Assembly (NCBI GenBank): GCA_964527425.1
Contig: CAZGOA010000001.1
Coordinates: forward strand, 98,435-162,434
DNA: 64,000 bases
Reading direction: 5' to 3'
Source of the DNA: an uncultured Gammaproteobacteria bacterium
GTDB taxonomy: Bacteria; Patescibacteriota; Microgenomatia; UBA10105; UBA927
In this document: in pieces, positions 19,764-29,274 of the stretch
Position numbering within the stretch: the stretch's first letter is position 1
How the letters are laid out: every line of letters starts with the position of its first letter
Program-made: the position numbers and the translations under genes
Notes under the pieces: model-generated
What the model saw: only the letters and a program-made list of their open reading frames with translations
Databases searched by the model: none
Told to the model about the DNA's origin: nothing

Positions 19764-20737
19764 AAGATACTACCTCGCAATACAACATTCATACTTACTA
19801 TCATTATTCCAAAGAACAACATATGGGCAACAGATGATCCTACAGCACGGATTGTTCTTTTTTTCATAGCAACATACATATCTACTAACATAATTCCTAT
19901 TAAGACTCCAGCAAAAGCCATACTAATATCGCGCCTCAATGCTACAATATCAAATTTAGGTGCAATCAAAACCGAGCTAAATGCAGGGAATATTCCAGAA
20001 TTAGGCTGTACTTCTGTTACAGAAGCAACTTCTGGAATAACTACAGGTGCTTGCGTTACTATTGGTGATATTTCTGGTGCTTGAGCTAGCACTGGTGGTA
20101 TAACCTCTTGGGCAATTGGTTGTTGGGAAACTTCTGTTGCAGGTGATGGTTCTGCAGCAACAACAACTCTTCCATTCGGTTGCGATCCAAACATCTGCAC
20201 AACTAAGGTCGTTTCTTCACCTTGAAGTGTGCCATTTACTACAGCAAATCCGACTTCTTTATAATTTGGTTTTAAAAGATTTTCTTTGTGACTTGGAGAA
20301 TTCATCCAGGCATTTACAACACCGTTACTATCTTGAAAATTTTTGGCCAGATTTTCACCAGCGACACTGTACTTATATCCAGCACCATTAATAAAATCCC
20401 ATGGTGTTTTACCGTCTGGAGAAACATGCGCCCAATAATTTTTACCAAACATATCAGAAGCTTTTCCGGCAGCTGCCTGAGAAAGCTGAGGATTAAGACT
20501 TAATGCAGGCAAACCTGCCTCTGCCCTTTTTGCATTGGTTTCGGCAAGTAATTGCTGAACATGAATATTCGTTGCGTACCCTAAAATATCTGGATGATTA
20601 ATGCTAATAACTCTTGTTGCTACATTAAAAATAACAAAGGCAAATGCATAGACAAACATCGCATCGATATGTAATGCTTTTGCTCTGTGATTATTTGAAT
20701 GATGCGGTACGAACCAATGTTTAAGTGTATGAAACAT
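19760..20737 (-). CDS. CAP/SCP/PR-1 (YkwD-like) domain protein with a C-terminal membrane anchor
   Basis: 325 aa. An N-terminal TM helix, then LLAETNAKRAEAGLPALSLNPQLSQAAAGKASDM...YWAHVSPDG...GENLAKN...WMNSPSHKENLL, which is the CAP-domain signature. A Pro/Val-rich linker and C-terminal TM helices follow. Confidence 0.7.
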   Translation of the reverse strand: MFHTLKHWFVPHHSNNHRAKALHIDAMFVYAFAFVIFNVATRVISINHPDILGYATNIHVQQLLAETNAKRAEAGLPALSLNPQLSQAAAGKASDMFGKNYWAHVSPDGKTPWDFINGAGYKYSVAGENLAKNFQDSNGVVNAWMNSPSHKENLLKPNYKEVGFAVVNGTLQGEETTLVVQMFGSQPNGRVVVAAEPSPATEVSQQPIAQEVIPPVLAQAPEISPIVTQAPVVIPEVASVTEVQPNSGIFPAFSSVLIAPKFDIVALRRDISMAFAGVLIGIMLVDMYVAMKKRTIRAVGSSVAHMLFFGIMIVSMNVVLRGSIL

Positions 20738-20786
20738 ACTCTATATTTCATACTAAAGAAGTAAAGTGAAAAAAACCAGAGTCAAA

Positions 20787-21344
20787 TTATACTGGCTTTG
20801 CAAAAACAACCCGACGTTTCTGATCAAAACTACCTTCACACGTATACAATGTTAATTGATCCTCTTTGGATAAAATCACGTCAACATCCGTGGGTTTAAC
20901 CGTTCTTGATTCTGTAACGATGTAGGTATGTTTATTGTTGTTTTGATCTACTTCAATGACATCTCCAGGAGTCAGCTTGTATAAATCTGCCCATAATTGT
21001 TTTCTGTTATGAGCATACAATATAACATTACCTTCTCCTGGAACAGATGATGTTGAAAGCCAAGCGACTGAAGCATCAAACATATCCCACTGATTATCAT
21101 GCACGAGGGCGGCTTGGATAGGTAAATTTTTATTAATTTTCGGAATATAAATACTGGTAGGCTGCTGTTTTGTTACAGGAGTTACACGTATACTTACTGC
21201 TGAAGTTCCAGCCGGATCTATAACCGGCATTTCATTCTTTTTTTCTCTGAAAATATAAAATCCCGCTAGTACAACAAAACCAACAACAACAGAAACTACC
21301 AACGTTTTGATACTCTTAATTATTAATGAAGCATTAGGAACCAT
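20787..21344 (-). CDS. Sortase (transpeptidase)
   Basis: An N-terminal TM anchor, a catalytic His region (VILYAHN) and the TLxTC catalytic cysteine motif (LTLYTCEGSFDQKRR). The start is taken at the internal Met (MVPNAS, codon at 21342..21344) so that it does not run 55 bp into the upstream gene. Confidence 0.7.
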   Translation of the reverse strand: MVPNASLIIKSIKTLVVSVVVGFVVLAGFYIFREKKNEMPVIDPAGTSAVSIRVTPVTKQQPTSIYIPKINKNLPIQAALVHDNQWDMFDASVAWLSTSSVPGEGNVILYAHNRKQLWADLYKLTPGDVIEVDQNNNKHTYIVTESRTVKPTDVDVILSKEDQLTLYTCEGSFDQKRRVVFAKPV

Positions 21345-22440
21345 GAGTTGCTCTGCGGAAATACACAACTCCTGATATAAAGGCTGCAATAATTGCAGTC
21401 ATCCAGGCTATAAATACATTTCGATTATAACTACCCGTTGCTGCTAATACATCAGTTGAAGCACCGAGCACCTGACCTTGACTTGTTGAAACGCCAAGTA
21501 CCTGTCCTCCACTGGTTGAACTCTCTGAAGAAGCATCTCCAGGAGTACAGTCATTAACTGCTCTGACAATAAAAAAGTAGTTAGCGTTAGGATCAAGTCC
21601 TCCAACAGTATAGATAGTTACGTTTCCTGTAGAAGGTACGCCGTATTGATAATTTCCTGAACTCGTTCCGTAGGAAATAGCATAACTTGTAGCATTGCTT
21701 GCTTGTGTCCAGGTTAGTTGAACAGTAGAACCACTTGTTCTTTGCACTGAGGTAATGCTTGGAGTACCCGGTTTTGATGCGGTACATGGTGTTGGTTGAC
21801 TATTGTTTACAGTACTTGAGCTGCCACCACCATTGTTGTTATTATTTCCCGGTGTTGGAGTTGGAGTAATAATTCCAGTTGGTGTTGGTGTTACCGTCAC
21901 TTCCGGACAAGATTCTCCTTGGGTTATACGTACTCCGTCAACATCATAGCCGTCTGCAGTATCATCAACGAAATTATCTGGACTGCTGATATCTGTAATG
22001 CGTACGTATCGAACACAAACGGATGATTCACCCTGAGATAATTCTCCAGTTTGGGTAACTGAACCTAAATTGGTCCATGTTGCATTATCTGAAGATACCT
22101 CAACTTGAGCTTCTTCTGAAGGATAGCCAGGGTTGGTTGATTCTACGACAACAACTCCACCCATAACTGGATTATTAAATTGAAGTTTAATCGTCCCACC
22201 AAATCCTAAAGAAAAAAATGTTCCATCGACAATCGTTTCTTCTGCAACGCCAACTGCCTGACTTGCATCACTGCGTATTCCTGGAACTGGACTCCCATTT
22301 TTCATGAGTCCTTGAGAAGAACTTACAACACTATCAGCCCATGGACCTGATCCATCAGGGGCTGCTGCTAAAGCAGTTGTTGCCGACAAAGAACAAATAA
22401 CAAAAAGAACAAAGGTTAAAAATCCCGTATATAATTTCAT
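21334..22440 (-). CDS. Secreted cell-wall-anchored protein: unknown N-terminal domain, fibronectin type III domain, and a LAATG sortase sorting signal
   Basis: 368 aa. Signal peptide MKLYTGFLTFVLFVICSLSATTALAAAP. A shared ~170-aa N-terminal domain. A Pro/Thr/Asn/Gly linker. An FN3-like module (TSVQRTSGSTVQLTWTQASNATSYAISYG...YFFIVRAVN). C-terminus LAATGS + hydrophobic helix + FRRATHGS, which is the classic sorting-signal architecture. Confidence 0.6.
   Translation of the reverse strand: MKLYTGFLTFVLFVICSLSATTALAAAPDGSGPWADSVVSSSQGLMKNGSPVPGIRSDASQAVGVAEETIVDGTFFSLGFGGTIKLQFNNPVMGGVVVVESTNPGYPSEEAQVEVSSDNATWTNLGSVTQTGELSQGESSVCVRYVRITDISSPDNFVDDTADGYDVDGVRITQGESCPEVTVTPTPTGIITPTPTPGNNNNNGGGSSSTVNNSQPTPCTASKPGTPSITSVQRTSGSTVQLTWTQASNATSYAISYGTSSGNYQYGVPSTGNVTIYTVGGLDPNANYFFIVRAVNDCTPGDASSESSTSGGQVLGVSTSQGQVLGASTDVLAATGSYNRNVFIAWMTAIIAAFISGVVYFRRATHGS
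21855..22365 (-). repeat. Duplicated ~0.5-kb coding segment (copy 1), encoding the shared N-terminal domain of the two secreted paralogs
   Basis: Long stretches of nucleotide-level identity with 22793..23303. For example gcagcccctgatggatcaggtccatgggctgatagtgttgtaagttcttctcaagg in gene 1 matches gcagcgccagatggattaggcccatgggctgatagtgttgttagttcttctcaagg in gene 2. Confidence 0.55.
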
Positions 22441-22556
22441 AATTTTTATAGATTTATAATATATCTATGGGATATTATACAATATCTCATAATTATTAAC
22501 AAGCGCTCTAGTATAACCCCTTATTGAGAAGACTGAAGGCATGTATTCCTCTAGAT

Positions 22557-23384
22557 TTAGTTCCCTCCAATAACAACCTGTATATTTCCACTATCGCAAC
22601 AGCCACAACCTGTTAAGGCATTATTGCCACCCAACACAGTAACGTTAGTTTTTGCTTTCGCATTTCCTGTAACAAAACTATTTGTACCTCCTACTGTATT
22701 TTTTATTTTATTTTTTCCAGTTTTAGCTTTATTTACTATACTATTTCCCACATTTGTTACAGACGCTTGTGAAACAGTACATGTAGAACTTTTGTTAATT
22801 ATTACTGTACTAGAGCCACTATTCCCTCCACCTTCGGGAGGTGAGCATGGTGTTCCATCTACCGTTTTTACACCATCTACATCATATCCATCAGCAGTAT
22901 CTTCAGCGAATTGTTCTGGATTACTCGTATCTGTAATTCTCACATATTTAGCACAAGGAACTTGAGATGGCATAGATACTTGACCATCAGTTGTTACACT
23001 CCCTGCTGTAACCCAAGTTGATCCATCTGCAGATACCTCAACTTGTGCAGTTTCGTTGGGATATCCAGGATTGGTTGCCTCAACTGCTATGACTCCGCCG
23101 GAAACCGTATTATCAAAAGATAAAGTAATTGATCCTCCAAATCCTAAAGAATAGAATGTTCCCTCAATAGTTGTATCTTCTGCAACACCCAATGCTTGAC
23201 TTGCATCGCTACGTATTCCAGGAACTGAAACACCATTTTTCATGAGACCTTGAGAAGAACTAACAACACTATCAGCCCATGGGCCTAATCCATCTGGCGC
23301 TGCTGCGTAAGCACTGGAAGAACAAAAGAATACGAACGCTCCCACAACAGAGAGCAATGTTAACTTGGGCAGTAGTTTATTCAT
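22557..23384 (-). CDS. Secreted protein paralogous to the N-terminal domain of the preceding sortase substrate, with no anchor
   Basis: 275 aa. Signal peptide, then AAPDGLGPWADSVVSSSQGLMKNG...ADGYDVDGV, which is highly similar to the 21334..22440 N-terminus. The C-terminus is Gly/Asn/Thr/Lys-rich and ends in a CGCC motif. Confidence 0.5.
   Translation of the reverse strand: MNKLLPKLTLLSVVGAFVFFCSSSAYAAAPDGLGPWADSVVSSSQGLMKNGVSVPGIRSDASQALGVAEDTTIEGTFYSLGFGGSITLSFDNTVSGGVIAVEATNPGYPNETAQVEVSADGSTWVTAGSVTTDGQVSMPSQVPCAKYVRITDTSNPEQFAEDTADGYDVDGVKTVDGTPCSPPEGGGNSGSSTVIINKSSTCTVSQASVTNVGNSIVNKAKTGKNKIKNTVGGTNSFVTGNAKAKTNVTVLGGNNALTGCGCCDSGNIQVVIGGN
22793..23303 (-). repeat. Duplicated ~0.5-kb coding segment (copy 2)
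   Basis: Same as copy 1. This indicates a recent tandem gene/domain duplication. Confidence 0.55.
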
Positions 23385-23454
23385 ACCTTATATATATAGG
23401 AAGATACCTTCAAGAAACAAGCACTAAAATATCCCGTATTAAAGGGATATATAA

Positions 23455-24573
23455 TCAAGTAGTTTTTATATACTTTACTGCGATTGAAGACAATATTGTG
23501 GATATAGGAACACCTAATACTAATCCAAAACTACCAGATAACGTTCTGACTACTTCTTCAGCTATAAACTCACTATTGAAAATTACCCATGCTGGTTGAT
23601 TTTGCGGATTAAGCACAAAGAAAATAAATAAGGGAAAAGAAACACCTGCATAAGCTAAGACTAACGTATTTACCAAAGAAGCAATGTGTTCTCGTCCAAG
23701 TGAAAAGCCTCTCACAATTAAATCTTTTACTGAAAGTTGTCGGTTTTCTTTATATAAAGCAAATAGTGCTGCAACTTGACTTGTGGTTACATCATCCAAT
23801 ATACCCAAAATACCTAAAATCATTCCTCCTAATAATAGTCCGCGTAAATTTAAATCAGGCAATTGTCCTACTTGTAACAAATACGCTTCTTCTGATCCTG
23901 TCCCTGAGAGCATTAATACCGATACAGCAATATATGAAATACATCCTGCAATAAGAAGAGTGAAAGCCGTTGCCACTAATGAAACAGCTGTCTGCCATTT
24001 AAATCCATGTGCTAAAAACATAGTGACTACTAACATGACTATAGCTCCAAGAATAGATACCGTTACAGGGTTTGCTCCATTTAAAATCTGAGGAACTACA
24101 AATTGCAAAATAACAATCGCACTAACAAGTAACCCAATTAATGATCCTAATCCTTGCTTTCCAGCTATAATAATAACCAAAATAATAAATAAGATTGTAA
24201 ATACTCTAAGACCAGGTAATCTATATCTATCGATAATTCGAAGTTGCTCTTTATTTTCTTGACTTATATCTCTTTGCAAAACAACACTGTCATTTACTGT
24301 TAATAATTGATCGGAACGTAATGTTTGATCTGTACCATAATCTACAATAAATTCATTATCTTTCCGCTCACCTTGCATAACTCGTACTTTTAATCTCTGA
24401 TATGGTTGTTTTTGTTCTAAAACTGTTAACTCTCCACTATCTATTATTTGTACGACAGAAACAGGCAAAAATTCTTCAGAAGAATTACTACTCTGAGGCA
24501 TTATTCTCAATAATCCCCAGAGACTAATTATTAACACTACAATCAGAAACAACTGTTTCCTTAAAGATTTCAT
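23455..24573 (-). CDS. YibE/F-like polytopic membrane protein
   Basis: 372 aa. An N-terminal TM helix, a ~120-aa extracytoplasmic domain, then about 7 Gly-rich TM helices (LLGGMILGILGILDDVTTSQVAALFALY), which is the architecture of the YibE/F family. Confidence 0.45.
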   Translation of the reverse strand: MKSLRKQLFLIVVLIISLWGLLRIMPQSSNSSEEFLPVSVVQIIDSGELTVLEQKQPYQRLKVRVMQGERKDNEFIVDYGTDQTLRSDQLLTVNDSVVLQRDISQENKEQLRIIDRYRLPGLRVFTILFIILVIIIAGKQGLGSLIGLLVSAIVILQFVVPQILNGANPVTVSILGAIVMLVVTMFLAHGFKWQTAVSLVATAFTLLIAGCISYIAVSVLMLSGTGSEEAYLLQVGQLPDLNLRGLLLGGMILGILGILDDVTTSQVAALFALYKENRQLSVKDLIVRGFSLGREHIASLVNTLVLAYAGVSFPLFIFFVLNPQNQPAWVIFNSEFIAEEVVRTLSGSFGLVLGVPISTILSSIAVKYIKTT

Positions 24574-24647
24574 TGATGCATTATACCACTAGGTTCAATT
24601 TGATGAGCTCCAGACAACAAATTGTATTTTCATAGTCATATATAGAA

Positions 24648-25910
24648 TTAATGTTGTACTGTAAATGACTTTAACTTTGAAAGTAATCCTTGTATAGAAT
24701 ATAGTATTTTTTCAATAATATTCTTGGTTGGTCTTATAACTGTAATATTTCTAATCTCTATTTCTTTAGAGAGTCCTAATTCAAAAGTATGTGCTTGAAA
24801 TTCATCATTTTTAGATACTTCAATTTTTGTCAATGTCCCAGGCAATGGAAGAGAATATCTTCCTTCTTTATCTGTGTATCGAACTATTGATCCTTCTAGT
24901 GCAGAAATTTTTGCATTGCTAATTCTATTACCAAATTGATCTGACACCACACCTTTAAGCTCTGGACTATTGAAAAATGAATGAATTACATCTACAGCTC
25001 TTTTAGGCTGTAATGTTTTCTCATCAAATAAGGTTGTACTGCCACCGAATGCAGTCCAATAATTAACACCTTGAACAATATCTCCTAATGCGACAACTTT
25101 TGCCAGATTTTCTTGAATGTATGAAGATTGCTGGGTTTCTGTGAATGTTCCATGAATATCTGGAATTGGAGCCCCAAATTCTCCTAATACTATGGGTGCA
25201 TCGTATTTTTCGTGTAGTGATTTGATATCAGCAATTAATTGATCTGATGTTTTTACAAAGTGATCTATAACAACCACATTACCTGTTTTCTTAACCATCT
25301 CTTTCGTAAATATCTCGCGAGCGATATCCCCATTAACAGAGTAGTATCCACATATTATTTTTATATTTATTATTTCTGCTGCTTTTAAACACGTATCGTA
25401 TGACTCAATAAGAAATTCTCTGAATGCTTGTGCTTTAACAGAACTTCCTCTTGGATCGCCTGGTCCACCATTTTCTGCTTCTGGCACTGGTGTAAAAATA
25501 TCCCCATCTTTAAATAACTCTGGATGAGTAGTTATAAATTCAAACGTTTTACGATGATGATCTTTGGGATCTTTAAATGTTTCATATCCAAACCAACCTT
25601 CCCATTCTGACCAATTTCCTCGATACCAAATATTCATCCCATATTTTCTTGCCTCATTTACCCAAGTTGATAAGACTGAATAAAATTCTTCGTTGTACGG
25701 TGTTGCCACGACAATATGCGTTGGATCCATACTTGCTACTAAGTTTACCCACGTTGGAATTCGCTCGTTTACATCCGGTTCTCTAGAAATATCCCGAGAA
25801 TATTTCATTGTATCTATAGACTGAATTGGCCAAAATGCTACAGCAGATATGCTAGTGGTAGGTATACATAATAATATCCATCCAATAATGAGAATAACTC
25901 CATTTCTCAT
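24648..25910 (-). CDS. Secreted TIM-barrel glycoside-hydrolase-like protein with a C-terminal CarbopepD_reg/Cna-B-like beta-sandwich
   Basis: 420 aa with a signal peptide. NIWYRGNWSEWEGWFG and VPEAENGGPGDP resemble the clan GH-A catalytic acid/base (NEP-like) region. The C-terminal GVVSDQFGNRISNAKISALEGSIVRYTDKEGRYSL is typical of carboxypeptidase-regulatory-like domains. Confidence 0.35.
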   Translation of the reverse strand: MRNGVILIIGWILLCIPTTSISAVAFWPIQSIDTMKYSRDISREPDVNERIPTWVNLVASMDPTHIVVATPYNEEFYSVLSTWVNEARKYGMNIWYRGNWSEWEGWFGYETFKDPKDHHRKTFEFITTHPELFKDGDIFTPVPEAENGGPGDPRGSSVKAQAFREFLIESYDTCLKAAEIINIKIICGYYSVNGDIAREIFTKEMVKKTGNVVVIDHFVKTSDQLIADIKSLHEKYDAPIVLGEFGAPIPDIHGTFTETQQSSYIQENLAKVVALGDIVQGVNYWTAFGGSTTLFDEKTLQPKRAVDVIHSFFNSPELKGVVSDQFGNRISNAKISALEGSIVRYTDKEGRYSLPLPGTLTKIEVSKNDEFQAHTFELGLSKEIEIRNITVIRPTKNIIEKILYSIQGLLSKLKSFTVQH

Positions 25911-25912
25911 AA

Positions 25913-27499
25913 TTAATCCCTTCTCTTAAACACTAAAATGTCTGGAGAGGTATACACTTTATCAAAATGAGCATATAGTCTGGCTTCAATTTCAGGTTTT
26001 TCTAGCATTGCATTCCATATCGCATCACTTTTCTGCAAAACAATCCATCGAGCATGTTTTTCCGGAGTAACCAGTGATTCTTCCCAATATGGCTTAGTAC
26101 CAATATAAATAATTTTTTTCATGGGTATTCCACTTCGAACGACACTAACAGTGCGTGCATAATCATCAAACAGTACTAATCCACCGTCATAATTATGATA
26201 CATCCATTGTTCAGCATCTGGCTTTTTAGCATGAGATAAACCTTGTATTCCATCGATATAGCTAATTGCTTTGGAGTATCCTACTCCATAAAAAAAGTAT
26301 TGCAGACAAAATAAACTGATTATCATTAGTTTACCTAACCGCTGTACTTTAAAAAACAAATAACCTACAAACACAGCAACTACTGGAATCATCATCACAC
26401 CATATCTTACATTGAATAATCTCCATTCAAAATCTTTTGGTGTAATGTGAGGAATAAATATTACCGATTGACCGACGTATAATGTAATGACATAGAACAA
26501 AAATGGAGCAACCATCAATCCACCTATCATGAGTCTTTCAATACGGTTTTCTCTTTTAAAGGCAAAACGGAAAAAACCAACAATACTTAAGAAAAAAAGG
26601 AGAAATCCACTGTTGCTCATAGAAGTCGTAAAGTAGTATAAAAATGAAAGCCAGATATCTTTATATGCGGGAAGTTGGCCTTTAGCAAGCCAAGCTTGCT
26701 GCTGTGTTCGAGCACTAAATTCACTTTGGGTAAAATAGAATGCATTTCCTAATATAAGTTGTCCCCACAATAACCACAGAAATATTCCAAAAAAAGCAAA
26801 TGTACAAAATATAACTACAGATCCTTCAATTTTTTTCCAGGGTGACTTCTTAAGGAGACCTAATATAACAATAATAGCCGCCTGCATCATTACCAAGAAC
26901 CATCCATCGTATCGACTTAATACTGCCAAAAATCCAAATCCTGCAGATAATATTAGAGACTGCATTGCTTGAATATTTTTTATGTAACGGATAAAAAAGT
27001 AACTTGATAAGATGAAAAAAGCAATCAATGGTAATTCTGTCATTGCAGTTGACTGTAGATACAAAATATTAGGATTTAACATGAAAATCCAAGAAGAAAC
27101 AACAGATGCTGTTCTGTTTTTCGTAATTAACATTACTAATTTGTAAAGTGTAATAGTCGTAATTACGTAACAAAACCCAGAAACAATAGAACCTGCAAGT
27201 CCTGTTCTCCACAAAAAATCAGACCAAATAAAAGGAAGCATCATAATATGTGGAACTGGAAGCCATATTCCACCCAATTGTGCTGCCCCCGGAGTAAGAC
27301 TTGTTACTACACGTTTAGCAATGTTTAAATGAGATTCAGTATCTCCATAAGCAACTAATTCACCCTTACTAAAAAATATTCCAGTAGCAATAATTGCAAA
27401 AGCTATTGATGGAACTATCACTAAATATACCCAAGGCACATTGGTAAACCATTCTATTATTTCTTTTATTTTTTGTGTTGGTATTGTAATACGAATCAT
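25913..27499 (-). CDS. GT-C-like polytopic membrane glycosyltransferase candidate (PMT/ArnT-like)
   Basis: 528 aa with more than 10 TM helices. The acidic first loop (VAYGDTESHLNIAKRV) resembles a DE motif. A C-terminal soluble domain is present. Confidence 0.45.
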   Translation of the reverse strand: MIRITIPTQKIKEIIEWFTNVPWVYLVIVPSIAFAIIATGIFFSKGELVAYGDTESHLNIAKRVVTSLTPGAAQLGGIWLPVPHIMMLPFIWSDFLWRTGLAGSIVSGFCYVITTITLYKLVMLITKNRTASVVSSWIFMLNPNILYLQSTAMTELPLIAFFILSSYFFIRYIKNIQAMQSLILSAGFGFLAVLSRYDGWFLVMMQAAIIVILGLLKKSPWKKIEGSVVIFCTFAFFGIFLWLLWGQLILGNAFYFTQSEFSARTQQQAWLAKGQLPAYKDIWLSFLYYFTTSMSNSGFLLFFLSIVGFFRFAFKRENRIERLMIGGLMVAPFLFYVITLYVGQSVIFIPHITPKDFEWRLFNVRYGVMMIPVVAVFVGYLFFKVQRLGKLMIISLFCLQYFFYGVGYSKAISYIDGIQGLSHAKKPDAEQWMYHNYDGGLVLFDDYARTVSVVRSGIPMKKIIYIGTKPYWEESLVTPEKHARWIVLQKSDAIWNAMLEKPEIEARLYAHFDKVYTSPDILVFKRRD

Positions 27500-29121
27500 A
27501 TTTTAATCCTTAATTTTTTGCTCACAAACCGTAAACCTTTTCGAAGATAAAAAAATTCTGGAAAATGGTACCCTTCTGGTCTTTGCGTGATACTTTCTAT
27601 TAACAGTAAAATGAATACAGTTGTATTGATTATTGCTAATAATACAGCTCCATATTGAGACAACGTAATACTATTGCTGAACCATTCTTTATACGCGAAA
27701 ACTCCCGTTTTCCCTTCAAATAAATAGAATAAATTAGCAATGTAGTTATACTGTAATCCTAAAGGTATACCTTCAACTTTTGGTGGAATAACATTTGTCG
27801 TCAATACTCCTAACACAGAAATAGCAGTTGAAAAAATAAAAAGTGGAATAAATACGAATCTCCCTACCCAAGGCAGAAAAAATTTGTGAAGAAATATTCC
27901 AACAAATAGTGAAATAAATGCCATCCCCGGAATTAAATATCTTGGTCCATATGCCCATCCCCCCCAAGGATCTCCAAAACTGGCATACAATAAAATATTA
28001 ACTATACATAATGAAATAAGAATATTTTGTTCAAAAGGGTTATATTTCTTTTTGAAAAACCAAGCAATAATTCCAAGTATTAGAACAGGTGAATAAAAGA
28101 ATAAACCACGATCATTAGCGTATGTAAGTGACTCCAATCCCCTCACAACTCGCTCTTCATCGAATACACTAAAAGGATTTGATGTATTTCGACTTGTTTG
28201 TAAAGTACCCGAAATTGTTGCCTCAGCTTCTTTCAATGCTAATTTTGCTTCATATTTTTCTTTCCCTTCGTAGCGAGAAAATGATTGACCAATTTTTTTA
28301 TAATCCCCAAAAGCTATATGATTATAATATCCATGAGCTGCTACCAAAACGATAAAAAATACTGAAGTGAAAATAAAAGCTGGCCTAATTGTGAGAAATT
28401 GTTTTTTATTGTTATCTTCAATATTCAATGAAGAAAGAAAAAAGTAAAACATTATTGGTAATCCTAAAAAAACACTCGGAAAATCTATAAACAAACCGAC
28501 ACCATATGAAAACCAAACCAATGCTGCCCAAAAAAAAGATAAGAATTTTTTTTGTCTAAATCTCCACGCGGCATAAAAAGATAACAACAAAAAGAAAGTT
28601 ATTGGAATATGTTGATATATAGTAACAGCATAACTCCAAGACGTTGTTGCAAATGCCCAAATAATTGGCACGATAGCAGATATCGCTATAGATAAATTCA
28701 ATATTTGTCTACTAATGAAGTATAGAATAACAATACTACCTATTGCATACAAAGAAATTGAGGCATATGAAATTACTTGTGAAAGCTCATAATATTTTCC
28801 AATAGTATAAAATGGATATAGTATAAATGACACTCCAGGTGGAAAAAGAATAAAATATTTACCATTAGTAATACCAACATCTGGTGAGCCGAATTCTGCC
28901 AATTCTTCACTTAAATTTATTTGTTTATTATTAACAATTGATAGTAATAAAGCATATGGAGCACGCTCATGTGATGATTCAAAAGGCATACCAATAGATG
29001 TAAAACGCTTACCTGATGTATGATCAATATCACCCCTGACACCACGAACTGTAGCGCTATAGAGCACTATTGAAATTATTACAATAAAAACTAAACTAAC
29101 AAAGGAAAATAAAGTCCGCAT
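27496..29121 (-). CDS. Polytopic membrane protein, possible GT-C glycosyltransferase
   Basis: 541 aa with more than 10 TM helices and a central soluble loop. No definitive motif. Overlaps the downstream GT-C-like gene by 4 bp. Confidence 0.35.
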   Translation of the reverse strand: MRTLFSFVSLVFIVIISIVLYSATVRGVRGDIDHTSGKRFTSIGMPFESSHERAPYALLLSIVNNKQINLSEELAEFGSPDVGITNGKYFILFPPGVSFILYPFYTIGKYYELSQVISYASISLYAIGSIVILYFISRQILNLSIAISAIVPIIWAFATTSWSYAVTIYQHIPITFFLLLSFYAAWRFRQKKFLSFFWAALVWFSYGVGLFIDFPSVFLGLPIMFYFFLSSLNIEDNNKKQFLTIRPAFIFTSVFFIVLVAAHGYYNHIAFGDYKKIGQSFSRYEGKEKYEAKLALKEAEATISGTLQTSRNTSNPFSVFDEERVVRGLESLTYANDRGLFFYSPVLILGIIAWFFKKKYNPFEQNILISLCIVNILLYASFGDPWGGWAYGPRYLIPGMAFISLFVGIFLHKFFLPWVGRFVFIPLFIFSTAISVLGVLTTNVIPPKVEGIPLGLQYNYIANLFYLFEGKTGVFAYKEWFSNSITLSQYGAVLLAIINTTVFILLLIESITQRPEGYHFPEFFYLRKGLRFVSKKLRIKI

Positions 29122-29142
29122 AATCGTAATATATAACCTATA

Positions 29143-29171
29143 ATTATATACTATAAATAGTTTCTCGGCAA
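29143..29171 (-). promoter_or_regulatory. Putative sigma70-type promoter for the operon starting at 29121
   Basis: Minus-strand reading gives TTGCCG, then 17 bp, then TATAAT (perfect -10 at 29143..29148; -35 at 29166..29171). It sits in a 153-bp intergenic gap where base composition changes. Confidence 0.3.
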
Positions 29172-29274
29172 TGCTTACTTACTGCTTAAAAAGTCTAATT
29201 TGCATTTATTACTCTATCTTTAAGCTAATAATTTTCAGTTTAGAAAGTGTACCATGACTAATTTAGTATATTGA

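Noticed and set aside
21800-21860. Asn/Gly/Ser homopolymeric codon run (NNNNNGGGSSS) and Pro/Thr repeats in the FN3 protein, as a possible tandem repeat or phase-variation tract
   Set aside because: It is a short low-complexity linker between domains at the protein level and not a simple-sequence nucleotide repeat. A homopolymeric tract long enough for slipped-strand variation is not obvious.
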